Origin: Candidatus Nealsonbacteria bacterium
GTDB lineage: Bacteria > Patescibacteriota > Minisyncoccia > Minisyncoccales > CAZKCU01
Assembly: GCA_047456305.1 (NCBI GenBank)
Contig: CP179888.1
Location: 573,307 to 637,306, forward strand
Direction: 5' to 3'
Length of the DNA: 64,000 bases
Shown here: positions 27,919-36,062 of the stretch, piece by piece
Numbering within the stretch: the first letter of the stretch is position 1
How the letters are laid out: each line of letters opens with the position of its first letter
The notes under the pieces: generated by a model
The model's database searches: none
What the model was told of the DNA's origin: nothing
The model's input: the letters and a program-made list of their open reading frames with translations, nothing else
Program-made: the position numbers and the translations under genes

Positions 27919-29322
27919 ATGACCCAGCGAGAAGCATTAGATATATTGAAGCTTGGCCACAATGTTTTTTTGACTGGCCCTGCCGGAAGCGGTAAGACTT
28001 TTTTGTTAAACAAGTATATAGAGTATTTAAAAGACAAAAAAGTTAAAGTTGGAATTACTGCTTCTACAGGAATTGCGGCTACCCATATTAACGGAAGAAC
28101 AATTCATTCTTGGTCCGGTTTTGGTATTAAAGACAAGTTGATAGAAAAAGAAATGAGAAAATTGTTAAATAGCAGGCATCTTAATTTAAGAATTTCAGCA
28201 ACAAAAGTTCTTATTATAGACGAGATTTCAATGCTTCATGCTCATCAATTAGATTTGGTAAATAGAATCTGCAAAAAAATTAGAAATAACTATTTGCCAT
28301 TTGGGGGATTACAGGTTGTATTGTGTGGAGATTTTTTCCAACTGTCTCCTGTAGAAAGAAGCGGTAAAAAACCTCACTTTGTTAATGAATCCAAGGCTTG
28401 GCTTGAAATGGGTATTAAGGTTTGTTATTTGGATAAATGTCAGCATAGGCACAAAGATGAGAATTTCATTAAGCTTTTAAACGAAATAAGAAAAAATAAT
28501 GTCAGTGTTTCAAGTAAAAAATTATTACTTGAAAGGTTATATAAATCAGTAAATACCCCTATTAAACCTGTGAAGCTTCATACTCATAATGCTAATGTAG
28601 ATGCTATTAATAGTTTTGAGTTAAAAAAGATAAAAACTAAAGAAAGGGTTTATGAAATGACTTCTGATGGTCCTAAGAATTTAGTCGATTCTTTGAAAAA
28701 ATGGTGTTTAGCTCCAGAAGGACTAACTGTGAAAAAAGGAGCTGCTGTAATATTTGTTAAGAATAATTTTGATAGAGGATATATAAATGGAACCCTTGGA
28801 AAGATTGTAGGATTTAATAAAGAAGATGGTTATCCGGTAGTAAAAGTTGTTTCTGGTAAAAGAATTCCAGCATATCCTGAATCATGGAAAATAGAGGAAG
28901 ATGATGAAGTTAAAGCCCAGATTAGTCAAATTCCACTCCGTTTGGCTTGGGCTATTACAGTTCATAAAAGTCAAGGTATGACTTTAGATATAGCGGAAAT
29001 GGATTTAAGTAAGTCATTTGATTATGGTATGGGTTATGTAGCTCTTTCTAGGGTAAGGTCTTTTAATGGAATAAAGTTAATAGGGGTAAATCGTTTAGCC
29101 CTTCAGGTTAGCAAGGAAGTCATAGAATTAGACAAATACCTGCAAAAAATGTCAGAGAAAGTAGAAAAGAGTTTAGGAGATATAAGTGTCAAAGAAATTA
29201 GGAAAAGGCAAAAGAGCTTTGTAGAATTGAATACAGATGAAGATGAGAGCGAAGAAGACGAAGCAATACCAACAGTAGATATTGCTGAAGATGAAATACC
29301 AATAGTAGATATTCCTTTTTAA
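27919..29322 (+). CDS. Pif1/RecD-type SF1B helicase with acidic C-terminal tail
   Basis: GPAGSGKTF, IIDEISML, LCGDFFQLSPV, ITVHKSQGMT, YVALSRVRS. Confidence 0.8.
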   Translation: MTQREALDILKLGHNVFLTGPAGSGKTFLLNKYIEYLKDKKVKVGITASTGIAATHINGRTIHSWSGFGIKDKLIEKEMRKLLNSRHLNLRISATKVLIIDEISMLHAHQLDLVNRICKKIRNNYLPFGGLQVVLCGDFFQLSPVERSGKKPHFVNESKAWLEMGIKVCYLDKCQHRHKDENFIKLLNEIRKNNVSVSSKKLLLERLYKSVNTPIKPVKLHTHNANVDAINSFELKKIKTKERVYEMTSDGPKNLVDSLKKWCLAPEGLTVKKGAAVIFVKNNFDRGYINGTLGKIVGFNKEDGYPVVKVVSGKRIPAYPESWKIEEDDEVKAQISQIPLRLAWAITVHKSQGMTLDIAEMDLSKSFDYGMGYVALSRVRSFNGIKLIGVNRLALQVSKEVIELDKYLQKMSEKVEKSLGDISVKEIRKRQKSFVELNTDEDESEEDEAIPTVDIAEDEIPIVDIPF

Positions 29323-29457
29323 TTTTTATTTGACTGGTGATTATCGGCAGTGCTTTTTTGCGATGGTAGGGTAGAGGAGAAGAAAAAGAAATAAATTTAT
29401 GAAGGCAAAAATATAATAATCATTTTGGCGTTGATAGTTATTATTTTATAATTACTT

Positions 29458-30225
29458 ATGAAAATATATTCTGATTTTGAACTTAGAACAGAAATAAAAA
29501 AACTCAAAAAAGAAAAAAAATACACAGAGGCTAAGAAGTTACTATTATCAAGAATAGATGAGAAATTTTTTAAAAAATCCGGTGCTTATAAGGATTATTG
29601 TTCGCAAACATTTACTACTTACTTTATCGAAGAACTTATAAAATTGTTAATTCAACTAGGCGAAAAAGAAAAGGCTCTCCATGTCTTTAAGAAAGGGCTA
29701 AAATTACCACATTTAAAAAGAGAAAATGAAATTGCCTTTTCTCTATCAATACAAAGTATCTATCCTCAAATAGCAAAACAGTATATTCCAAGATATAAAA
29801 TAAAAACAATCGAAAGAAGGGTAGTTTTCAAGAAAGGCAAACAAAAATTTTTAGAAAAAAATAGAAAGGAATTATTTGTTGAAGAGATAGCTTTGGAATA
29901 TTACCGTTATAATGGTAATTGGCGCGGTGTATGGCTCACTCCCACAACAGAAGTTTTATATTTTAAACGCTTAAGACAAACAATTGGTTTAAGTAATTAC
30001 AAAAAATTAACAAGCAATGCAATGGATAGCATGGGGCATATTTGCAATTTGTGCTATGGAGCACCAGATTTAATTTTGTATAAAGGGTTTATCAAGAAGA
30101 TTGGGAAGTCTGTTGAAGTAAAAGGCTTAAAAGACAAACTCTCTACAGCACAGTTAGTATGGATTGAACAATTTAATAAACTACATTTAGATTTTGAGGT
30201 GTTACAAGTTAAAGAAAAAAAATAA
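29458..30225 (+). CDS. FAN1-like nuclease (helical/TPR-like N-domain + VRR-NUC)
   Basis: VEEIALEYYRYNGNWRGVW and GAPDLILYK...SVEVKGLKDKLSTAQLVWIEQF (PD...ExK VRR-NUC pattern). Confidence 0.6.
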   Translation: MKIYSDFELRTEIKKLKKEKKYTEAKKLLLSRIDEKFFKKSGAYKDYCSQTFTTYFIEELIKLLIQLGEKEKALHVFKKGLKLPHLKRENEIAFSLSIQSIYPQIAKQYIPRYKIKTIERRVVFKKGKQKFLEKNRKELFVEEIALEYYRYNGNWRGVWLTPTTEVLYFKRLRQTIGLSNYKKLTSNAMDSMGHICNLCYGAPDLILYKGFIKKIGKSVEVKGLKDKLSTAQLVWIEQFNKLHLDFEVLQVKEKK

Positions 30226-30436
30226 TATTTTTGTGAGAGGTTAACTCTAACTCGAAAAAATTAAAGAAATTAGAATTTGGAGAGTGAATAAAATTTTTAA
30301 ATAAAAATGTGAATTTTTTAGTAGAAAATCTTTTAAAAGTTAGGGCAACTGACCATCGAAAAATTCAAGAGGAAATTAGAAGAATTATTAAAAGAAGCCA
30401 AACAAAAAGTCGAGGAATTAATTGAGAAATAAAATT

Positions 30437-30730
30437 ATGGATTATATAAAAACGTATATATTTAAAGATAAAGATGGTAAATTTTGGCCAAAAGTAAAAT
30501 TTAATACTGAGAAAGGAGATTGGCAACCTAAGGCGGAACAAATTAAAGATATTGTTAGGGTATATTCTTATTGTCTAGAAAAATCTCGTTATTCTGAAGC
30601 TTTTGGTGGTGCAGAAAAATTTGCAGAACAAATCAACCTCGCCATTTTATACAATAAAGATGGTTCCCCTAGGTCGTATGAATACGGAGATGAAATATAT
30701 GATATAGAAGAGGAAGTAAAAGAACATTGA
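30437..30730 (+). CDS. Hypothetical protein
   Basis: ORF track; ATG 30437 preferred. No recognisable motifs. Confidence 0.4.
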   Translation: MDYIKTYIFKDKDGKFWPKVKFNTEKGDWQPKAEQIKDIVRVYSYCLEKSRYSEAFGGAEKFAEQINLAILYNKDGSPRSYEYGDEIYDIEEEVKEH

Positions 30731-30751
30731 GAGAAAAATAAAAGATCAATC

Positions 30752-30770
30752 AAAATTTAGCCCGAAATTA
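30752..30770 (+). repeat. Junction repeat family 1 (AAAATTTAGGCYGAARTTGAG), short copy
   Basis: AAAATTTAGCCCGAAATTA immediately before ATG 30773. Confidence 0.6.
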
Positions 30771-30772
30771 AT

Positions 30773-31477
30773 ATGAAACAATGGGATAAAATATTTAAAA
30801 AATATGGTAAAGTTTTTACAAAAATCGAAAGGGATTTGCCAAAAATTGTAAAAATATTTAAAAAACATAATGTTAAAAAAGTCCTTGATTTAGGTTCAGG
30901 CACGGGACGACATGTAATTTATTTAGCTAAAAATGGATTTGAAGTATATGGAATTGATATTTCCGAGGAAGGAATAAAAATTACCAAAAATTGGTTAAGA
31001 GAGAACGAATTAAAGGCGGGCCTTAAAGTTGGCTCCATCTACAAAAAGTTGCAATACAAAGATAACTTTTTTGATGCGGTTATATCTACAAGCACGATTC
31101 ATCATGCCAGAATTAAAACCATCAGAAAAGCAATCAAAGAAATAGAAAGGATATTAAAGCCAGGCGGATTAATTTTTATAACTGTCCGTAAAAGAAAGCT
31201 TAAGAAGTTCTGGCCAAAATCTACAATAATTGAGAAATACGGAAAACAAAAATCAAGCTATAAAGTAATTGGACCAAGGACTTATATACCGATAGAAGGA
31301 GGCGAAAAAGGATTAATACATTATCTTTTTAATAAAGAATTGATAAAAAAAGAATTTAAGAACTTTAAAATTAATAATATTTGGATTGATTCTAAAAGAA
31401 GGCATTATTGTTTCTTAGGGGAATTAAAAAACTTACCAAAATTTAGGCCGAAGTTGAGGGAAATCAATAAAATATGA
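30773..31477 (+). CDS. Class I SAM-dependent methyltransferase
   Basis: [11 protein letters not shown] motif I, GIDIS acidic loop, [10 protein letters not shown]. Confidence 0.75.
   Translation: MKQWDKIFKKYGKVFTKIERDLPKIVKIFKKHNVKKVLDLGSGTGRHVIYLAKNGFEVYGIDISEEGIKITKNWLRENELKAGLKVGSIYKKLQYKDNFFDAVISTSTIHHARIKTIRKAIKEIERILKPGGLIFITVRKRKLKKFWPKSTIIEKYGKQKSSYKVIGPRTYIPIEGGEKGLIHYLFNKELIKKEFKNFKINNIWIDSKRRHYCFLGELKNLPKFRPKLREINKI
31438..31465 (+). repeat. Junction repeat family 1, copy inside 3' end of methyltransferase ORF
   Basis: AAAATTTAGGCCGAAGTTGAGGGAAATC, 9 nt before ATG 31474. Confidence 0.7.
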
Positions 31478-32016
31478 AATATCCTGATTTGAAGATAAAA
31501 TTTCAAAATAAAACATTAACTTTTCAATTTTTGGGGCAATTTGAGATCGAGCGAGACGAAAAAGGAACCCCAATTACTTATGAGAGGAAAAATCAAGAAG
31601 AAACGAGTTATTTATTAAGTGTTCGGACAGAACTAACAAAAAGTGGTAAACCTGAGGTAATTACAATTCTTCCAAATCATTTACGTACAAAATTAAAACG
31701 AAAATATTACGATACAAAAAATCTTGGTGATATCTGGCGATTACCCGGAATTTATGCATTTATATTGACAAAAGATAATAACGTAAAATACAAATATATA
31801 GGTCGAGCAAGTATCAGAATTGCAAACCGTTTACGACAATACCTTGCACCGAGCTCTAAAAGAATGACGACTTTTTATGTAAATCGATTGTTGTTTAAAA
31901 CACTTAAAGAGGGAGACACAGTGCTAATCTATTTTTATCCCGAGCCTGACACAGAAAAGGAATTGCAAATTCTTCTTCGTCCAGATTGGAACCGTGAGAT
32001 TCCTAGAAATAATTAA
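31474..32016 (+). CDS. GIY-YIG-like nuclease-domain protein (tentative)
   Basis: [22 protein letters not shown]...ANRLRQY resembles GIY-(x13)-YIG plus a conserved Arg. ATGA overlap with the upstream gene. Confidence 0.4.
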   Translation: MKYPDLKIKFQNKTLTFQFLGQFEIERDEKGTPITYERKNQEETSYLLSVRTELTKSGKPEVITILPNHLRTKLKRKYYDTKNLGDIWRLPGIYAFILTKDNNVKYKYIGRASIRIANRLRQYLAPSSKRMTTFYVNRLLFKTLKEGDTVLIYFYPEPDTEKELQILLRPDWNREIPRNN

Positions 32017-32042
32017 AATTTAGGCCAAAGTTGAGAGAAATT
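32015..32042 (+). repeat. Junction repeat family 1, intergenic copy
   Basis: AAAATTTAGGCCAAAGTTGAGAGAAATT, 10 nt before ATG 32053. Confidence 0.7.
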
Positions 32043-32052
32043 CAAAAAGAAT

Positions 32053-32628
32053 ATGAATGATATTGAAATCGAGATTCAAGTTAATATTGAAGATAATAAG
32101 CCGCTAATAGATTTTTTAGAAAAGAGCGGTCAGTTTATGTCAGAGAACCATCAGATAGACGAGTATTTTTCTCCGGTTCACCGAAATTTTATTGGAGTTC
32201 GTCCAGTTAAAGAATGGTTAAGGTTACGAAACTCAGACGGGAAATTCTCTATAAATTATAAAAACTGGTATTTTGATGAAAAAGGAAAAAGCCACCATTG
32301 TGATGAATACGAAACTAAAATAGAAGATTTAACCCAAATTAAAAAGATATTAGATGTCCTTAATTTTAAATCTATTATTAAGGTTGATAAACTAAGAAAA
32401 ACCTGGATATACAAAGATTATGAAATTGATGTAGATTCAGTAAAAGGGCTGAGAGATTTTGTGGAGATTGAATACATCGGAAAAGAAGAAAAAATAGACC
32501 CAAAAAAGATTACAGAAGAAATGATGAGCTTTCTTAAAAGTCTTGGGTGCGGAAAAATAAAAAGGAATTATGTAGGTTATCCGTTTCAATTACTATTTCC
32601 AGATGAAGTAAAATATGAAGAGCAATAA
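32053..32628 (+). CDS. CYTH-domain protein (CyaB-like class IV adenylyl cyclase / triphosphatase fold)
   Basis: N-terminal IEIEIQ (ExExK-like), WLRLR, DEYETKI, LRKTW, DFVEIEY in CyaB-like order. Confidence 0.7.
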   Translation: MNDIEIEIQVNIEDNKPLIDFLEKSGQFMSENHQIDEYFSPVHRNFIGVRPVKEWLRLRNSDGKFSINYKNWYFDEKGKSHHCDEYETKIEDLTQIKKILDVLNFKSIIKVDKLRKTWIYKDYEIDVDSVKGLRDFVEIEYIGKEEKIDPKKITEEMMSFLKSLGCGKIKRNYVGYPFQLLFPDEVKYEEQ

Positions 32629-32629
32629 A

Positions 32630-32658
32630 TCGCCAAGATGGCGGTTTTTTGATAGAAT
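32630..32658 (+). promoter_or_regulatory. Junction element family 2: hairpin + T-run + TGnTAGAAT (-10) cassette
   Basis: TCGCCAAGATGGCGGTTTTTTGATAGAAT; ATG 32666 lies 7 nt after the -10. Confidence 0.6.
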
Positions 32659-32665
32659 AAATAAA

Positions 32666-32956
32666 ATGAAATATAGTAAAAAACCAATTGATAATAATTT
32701 AGAGAAATATTACAAAAAATGGATTTCAGCAATTGCTAATGACGAAACCGGCCGAACAATCAAACGGCATATCATTAGACATGCCAAAGAAATTTATTCA
32801 AAAGAATCAAAAGTATGGTCGGCGAGCATGAGAAATTTGATAGAAGTTTTTGATGAGGTCTATAAATCGACTCCGTCAATAAAATTAAAAATAAAAAGAC
32901 TCCAACATAAGTACAAACTGAATCCAAAAAGATATACCCCTCCACCGTCCAAGTAA
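32666..32956 (+). CDS. Hypothetical basic protein
   Basis: ORF-track frame trimmed to the ATG that follows the junction element (MKYSKKPID...). Confidence 0.4.
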   Translation: MKYSKKPIDNNLEKYYKKWISAIANDETGRTIKRHIIRHAKEIYSKESKVWSASMRNLIEVFDEVYKSTPSIKLKIKRLQHKYKLNPKRYTPPPSK

Positions 32957-32973
32957 GGTTTAAATTTTCGTAA

Positions 32974-33002
32974 TCGCCAAGATAGCGGTTTTTTGGTAGA
33001 AT
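32974..33002 (+). promoter_or_regulatory. Junction element family 2
   Basis: TCGCCAAGATAGCGGTTTTTTGGTAGAAT; ATG 33010 lies 7 nt after the -10. Confidence 0.6.
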
Positions 33003-33009
33003 AGAAAAT

Positions 33010-33552
33010 ATGAAGAAAGAGGAATATTTAGATATAGTTGACGAAAATGACAAGGTAATTGATAGAGATACTAGAAAAAATATATATAGAAAAAGAATAG
33101 ATTCCCAAGTTAGAGTTGTAAATGTTTTTATTTTAAACTCGGAAGGAAAATTACTCCTACCTAAAAGGTCGATGAATAGACAGATTTTTCCTGGATGCTA
33201 TGATTTTTCTTGTGGAGAACATGTTTTATCTGGAGAAAAGTATTATGAAACAGCCTTGAGAGGCGTGAGAGAAGAATTGGGCCTTGAAGGAGTAGAATTA
33301 ATTGAGTTAGGGAAACTTACTCCTCGGGATGGTGTTAGTTGTTTTATGAAAATCTATAAAGTGATCTATGATGCAGAAATAAATAATTATGACACGGATG
33401 GAATTGATAGATTGTTTTGGTATAGCTTGGATAAAGTGAGAAAAATGATCATGGAGGACAAGAAAAAATTTAAGGATGATTTTTCAATTGTACTAGAAAA
33501 ATTTGCTAATCAACTTGAAAACATAAGTAGCAAAAAACAGAATTTAGGCTGA
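33010..33552 (+). CDS. Nudix hydrolase (IDI/YfcD-like)
   Basis: Nudix box GEHVLSGEKYYETALRGVREELGL, with RG in place of the canonical RE. Confidence 0.8.
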   Translation: MKKEEYLDIVDENDKVIDRDTRKNIYRKRIDSQVRVVNVFILNSEGKLLLPKRSMNRQIFPGCYDFSCGEHVLSGEKYYETALRGVREELGLEGVELIELGKLTPRDGVSCFMKIYKVIYDAEINNYDTDGIDRLFWYSLDKVRKMIMEDKKKFKDDFSIVLEKFANQLENISSKKQNLG

Positions 33553-33559
33553 AATTGAG
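33541..33559 (+). repeat. Junction repeat family 1, copy at 3' end of Nudix ORF
   Basis: AATTTAGGCTGAAATTGAG. Confidence 0.6.
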
Positions 33560-33582
33560 CCCTTCGCCAAGCTCAGGGTAAA
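33560..33582. repeat. 23-nt GC-rich motif CCCTTCGCCAAGCTCAGGGTAAA
   Basis: One mismatch to 54426-54448 inside murC. Confidence 0.7.
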
Positions 33583-33609
33583 GGAAAATTTAATAACTAT
33601 ATAAAGATT

Positions 33610-34173
33610 ATGGCATTAAAAGTAGGTATAATTGGACCCGCTAATATTCCGAAAATAAGTAAAATTGTTGGGAAACCAGCAGGTTTTTTTCTTGAGAGGG
33701 GTGATAAGATTGGAGAAATTTTAGTCGAAACTGGTTGTGAATTGTGGGTAAATAGTGATAAAGGTATGCTGGCTAAAATTGCCAGAGCTTATAAGAAAAA
33801 TAATGGTAAAAAATTAGTTATTCTATACCCTGGTAAAGGCGAGCCATGGCCTAAAGATCATGCCGAATTATACAGAAAATACGGAGATGAAATTAGAAAA
33901 GAACCTAACTGGTTTTGGTCAAATTATAATGTAGTTTCATTACCAGATGTTTGTATTTGTGTAGGATTAAGCGCTGGTGGTTTGAGTGAGTTGGCATATA
34001 TTAAATGGAATTATTCATTGAAATGTGGGAATTTAAAAAAATTAATTGCAATAAAAGAATTGTTAAGAGGTGGTAAGTTGCCACCAGAAATTGAATTTGA
34101 TATCCAAAAAATATTAATATACATCAATAAAACTGAGGAATTAAAGGAACTTTTAGAAAAACTTTCTAAATAA
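33610..34173 (+). CDS. LOG/SLOG-like Rossmann-fold protein (TIGR00725-like, tentative)
   Basis: VGIIGPAN N-terminal strand, GCELWVNSDKGMLAKIARAY, CVGLSAGGLSELAY resembling the LOG GGxGTxxE region. Confidence 0.45.
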   Translation: MALKVGIIGPANIPKISKIVGKPAGFFLERGDKIGEILVETGCELWVNSDKGMLAKIARAYKKNNGKKLVILYPGKGEPWPKDHAELYRKYGDEIRKEPNWFWSNYNVVSLPDVCICVGLSAGGLSELAYIKWNYSLKCGNLKKLIAIKELLRGGKLPPEIEFDIQKILIYINKTEELKELLEKLSK

Positions 34174-34231
34174 ATCTTTTTAGTTAAAAAAAGCCTATTG
34201 CTGGGCAATTTTTATTTATACTCTCTCGGCC

Positions 34232-34261
34232 TTGACTTTTTTATTTATAAATGCTAAAAAT
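34232..34261 (+). promoter_or_regulatory. Sigma70-type promoter of SD-led small-gene operon
   Basis: TTGACT, 17 nt, TGCTAAAAAT. Confidence 0.5.
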
Positions 34262-34323
34262 AAAATGTCCTAAAATATAACTTTAGGATATTGTTCATTA
34301 TCATTCAGGAAAGGAGGGGAAGA

Positions 34324-34506
34324 GTGAAAGTAACCAATATAAAATTAAAGCGACCCGGTGAATATCTAATCGTAGAGGTAAGGTGTCCTGACTGCAACCA
34401 CCTCAACATAGTAAGGATAAAACACCAAGGCCAAAAGAGGGGAGCAGATGCAGAGGTGGAGTGTAAAGCTTGTGGAGCAACTATAAGATACGACTGGGAG
34501 AGGTAG
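34324..34506 (+). CDS. Small zinc-ribbon protein
   Basis: GTG start after AAAGGAGGGG. CPDC...CKAC pairs. Confidence 0.45.
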   Translation: MKVTNIKLKRPGEYLIVEVRCPDCNHLNIVRIKHQGQKRGADAEVECKACGATIRYDWER

Positions 34507-34522
34507 AACAAAGGAGGGCGTT

Positions 34523-34864
34523 ATGCTTAATAGAACAGAATTGGAAGTACCAAAAGAAGTGAGGACGAAGGTAAGGGCTTTAAGAAAAGGATTTAATAAG
34601 CTGATGACTGAACAACGAAAGATGGATCAGGTTGCGAGAGATAGGTATTTTCCTCAGGAAGAGTCTTGCAAAATAGCAAGAGCGACCAGAGAAAAGGCTA
34701 AATCCCTTTTAAAAAAGTCAGGAATTGATTCTGAGACATTCCGTAAGGCTTTGCTTCTATATGAGTCCATTGAGCAGGAGAAAACAGGTAAGGACTATAC
34801 TTCCAGCACCTGGGTACTATTTTGGGCAGGTGGTCTTGAACTCTTTGGTTATTCAGGCGAGTAA
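34523..34864 (+). CDS. Hypothetical protein
   Basis: ORF with SD AAAGGAGGG 6 nt upstream. Confidence 0.45.
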   Translation: MLNRTELEVPKEVRTKVRALRKGFNKLMTEQRKMDQVARDRYFPQEESCKIARATREKAKSLLKKSGIDSETFRKALLLYESIEQEKTGKDYTSSTWVLFWAGGLELFGYSGE

Positions 34865-34881
34865 AAAAAAGGAGTTAGAAA

Positions 34882-35100
34882 ATGATTGAGGAAATAGAGA
34901 GTGCAATAAAAGAAGGGAAGATAGTTGCTCTGGAAGAAGACAGAAGAACTGGCGAATTAAGTATACACACATTTGACGATGATCGTTCATTGCTGTTAGC
35001 TTATTTTGCTGGCGCTGATACATCAGAAAAATTTGAGTATACACCAAGAGTCCTGTTCATTAAGGAGATTTATGAGCCAGAGCCTATTCATCAAATATGA
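34882..35100 (+). CDS. Hypothetical acidic protein
   Basis: ORF with SD AAGGAG upstream. Confidence 0.45.
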   Translation: MIEEIESAIKEGKIVALEEDRRTGELSIHTFDDDRSLLLAYFAGADTSEKFEYTPRVLFIKEIYEPEPIHQI

Positions 35101-35120
35101 CGATAATTGGTCGTCATATT

Positions 35121-35163
35121 AAAGAGGTACGTCCTGTTCAGGAAACGGCCTCTTTCTATTTTG
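35121..35163 (+). terminator. Terminator of small-gene operon
   Basis: AAAGAGG...(inner CCTG-tt-CAGG)...CCTCTTT followed by CTATTTTG. Confidence 0.45.
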
Positions 35164-35297
35164 TAAAACTCACAAAATCGATAGCTCAAAATACTTTTTA
35201 GACAACTGCCAGTAGGTTCTAATAGTGTTCAATCCTTGCAGTTAATGAATTTCAAAAAAAGTTGCCGAGAAGAAATTTTTTTGGTAAGATAGAATAT

Positions 35298-36011
35298 ATG
35301 AAATTAGTCAATAAAACAGCTTTAATAACTGGTGGCTCAAAAGGAATTGGAAGGGCTATTGCTCAAATGTTTATTAAAGAAGGAGCAAAAGTTATAGTTT
35401 TTGACATTGAAAAACCAGATTACGAAGTGGAATTTTATCAAGTTGATACAGGCAAAGAAGAACAAATAGGAAAGGCGTTTGGTCAGATTAAACAATTAGA
35501 TATCCTTGTAAATAATGCTGGAGTATATTTTCAGGCATCTGTAGAAGAAACCTCAAAAGAGCAATTGGATAAAATTGTGGATATAAATTTAAAAGGAACA
35601 TATCTAATGTCAAAATACGCAATTCCCATAATCAGGAAAACCAAGGGCAATATTATCAATATTTCATCAGGATTAGGGGTTGTTCCTGAGCCAGAATCTC
35701 CTGCCTATTGTTCAACAAAAGCAGCGATAATAATGCTTACAAAATGTATGGCTCAAGAATACGCGTCAGAGGGATTAAGGATAAATGCGATATTACCAGG
35801 ACCAATAGATACTCCATTATTAAGAAATGCTTTTTCTTCAGAAAAGGAAATTGAAGAATATGCAAAATTAAATCCTATGAAGAGGATTGGGAGACCGGAA
35901 GATGTTGCAAGTATAGCAGTTTTTTTAGCTTCAGATGAAGCAAGCTACGTCACTGGTGGACTATATTCAGTCGATGGTGGAGAGTCTACTTCCAGTGTTT
36001 ATTCAAAATAA
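35298..36011 (+). CDS. Short-chain dehydrogenase/reductase (FabG-like)
   Basis: TGGSKGIGRAIA, NNAG, YCSTKAA. ATG 35298 follows a TGGTAAGAT box. Confidence 0.85.
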   Translation: MKLVNKTALITGGSKGIGRAIAQMFIKEGAKVIVFDIEKPDYEVEFYQVDTGKEEQIGKAFGQIKQLDILVNNAGVYFQASVEETSKEQLDKIVDINLKGTYLMSKYAIPIIRKTKGNIINISSGLGVVPEPESPAYCSTKAAIIMLTKCMAQEYASEGLRINAILPGPIDTPLLRNAFSSEKEIEEYAKLNPMKRIGRPEDVASIAVFLASDEASYVTGGLYSVDGGESTSSVYSK

Positions 36012-36027
36012 GTCGCCGTAAGGAAAA

Positions 36028-36056
36028 TCGCCAATCAGGCGTTTTTTTGGTAGAAT
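36028..36056 (+). promoter_or_regulatory. Junction element family 2
   Basis: TCGCCAATCAGGCGTTTTTTTGGTAGAAT; ATG 36063 lies 6 nt after the -10. Confidence 0.6.
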
Positions 36057-36062
36057 AGGAAT

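Noticed and set aside
21917-30225. Prophage or ICE replication/recombination module
   Set aside because: Helicase + Cas4-like + VRR-NUC sets do occur in phages. However, there are no capsid, tail, terminase, portal, lysis, conjugation or integrase genes within 25 kb. It remains a possible remnant, so it is mentioned as an alternative only.
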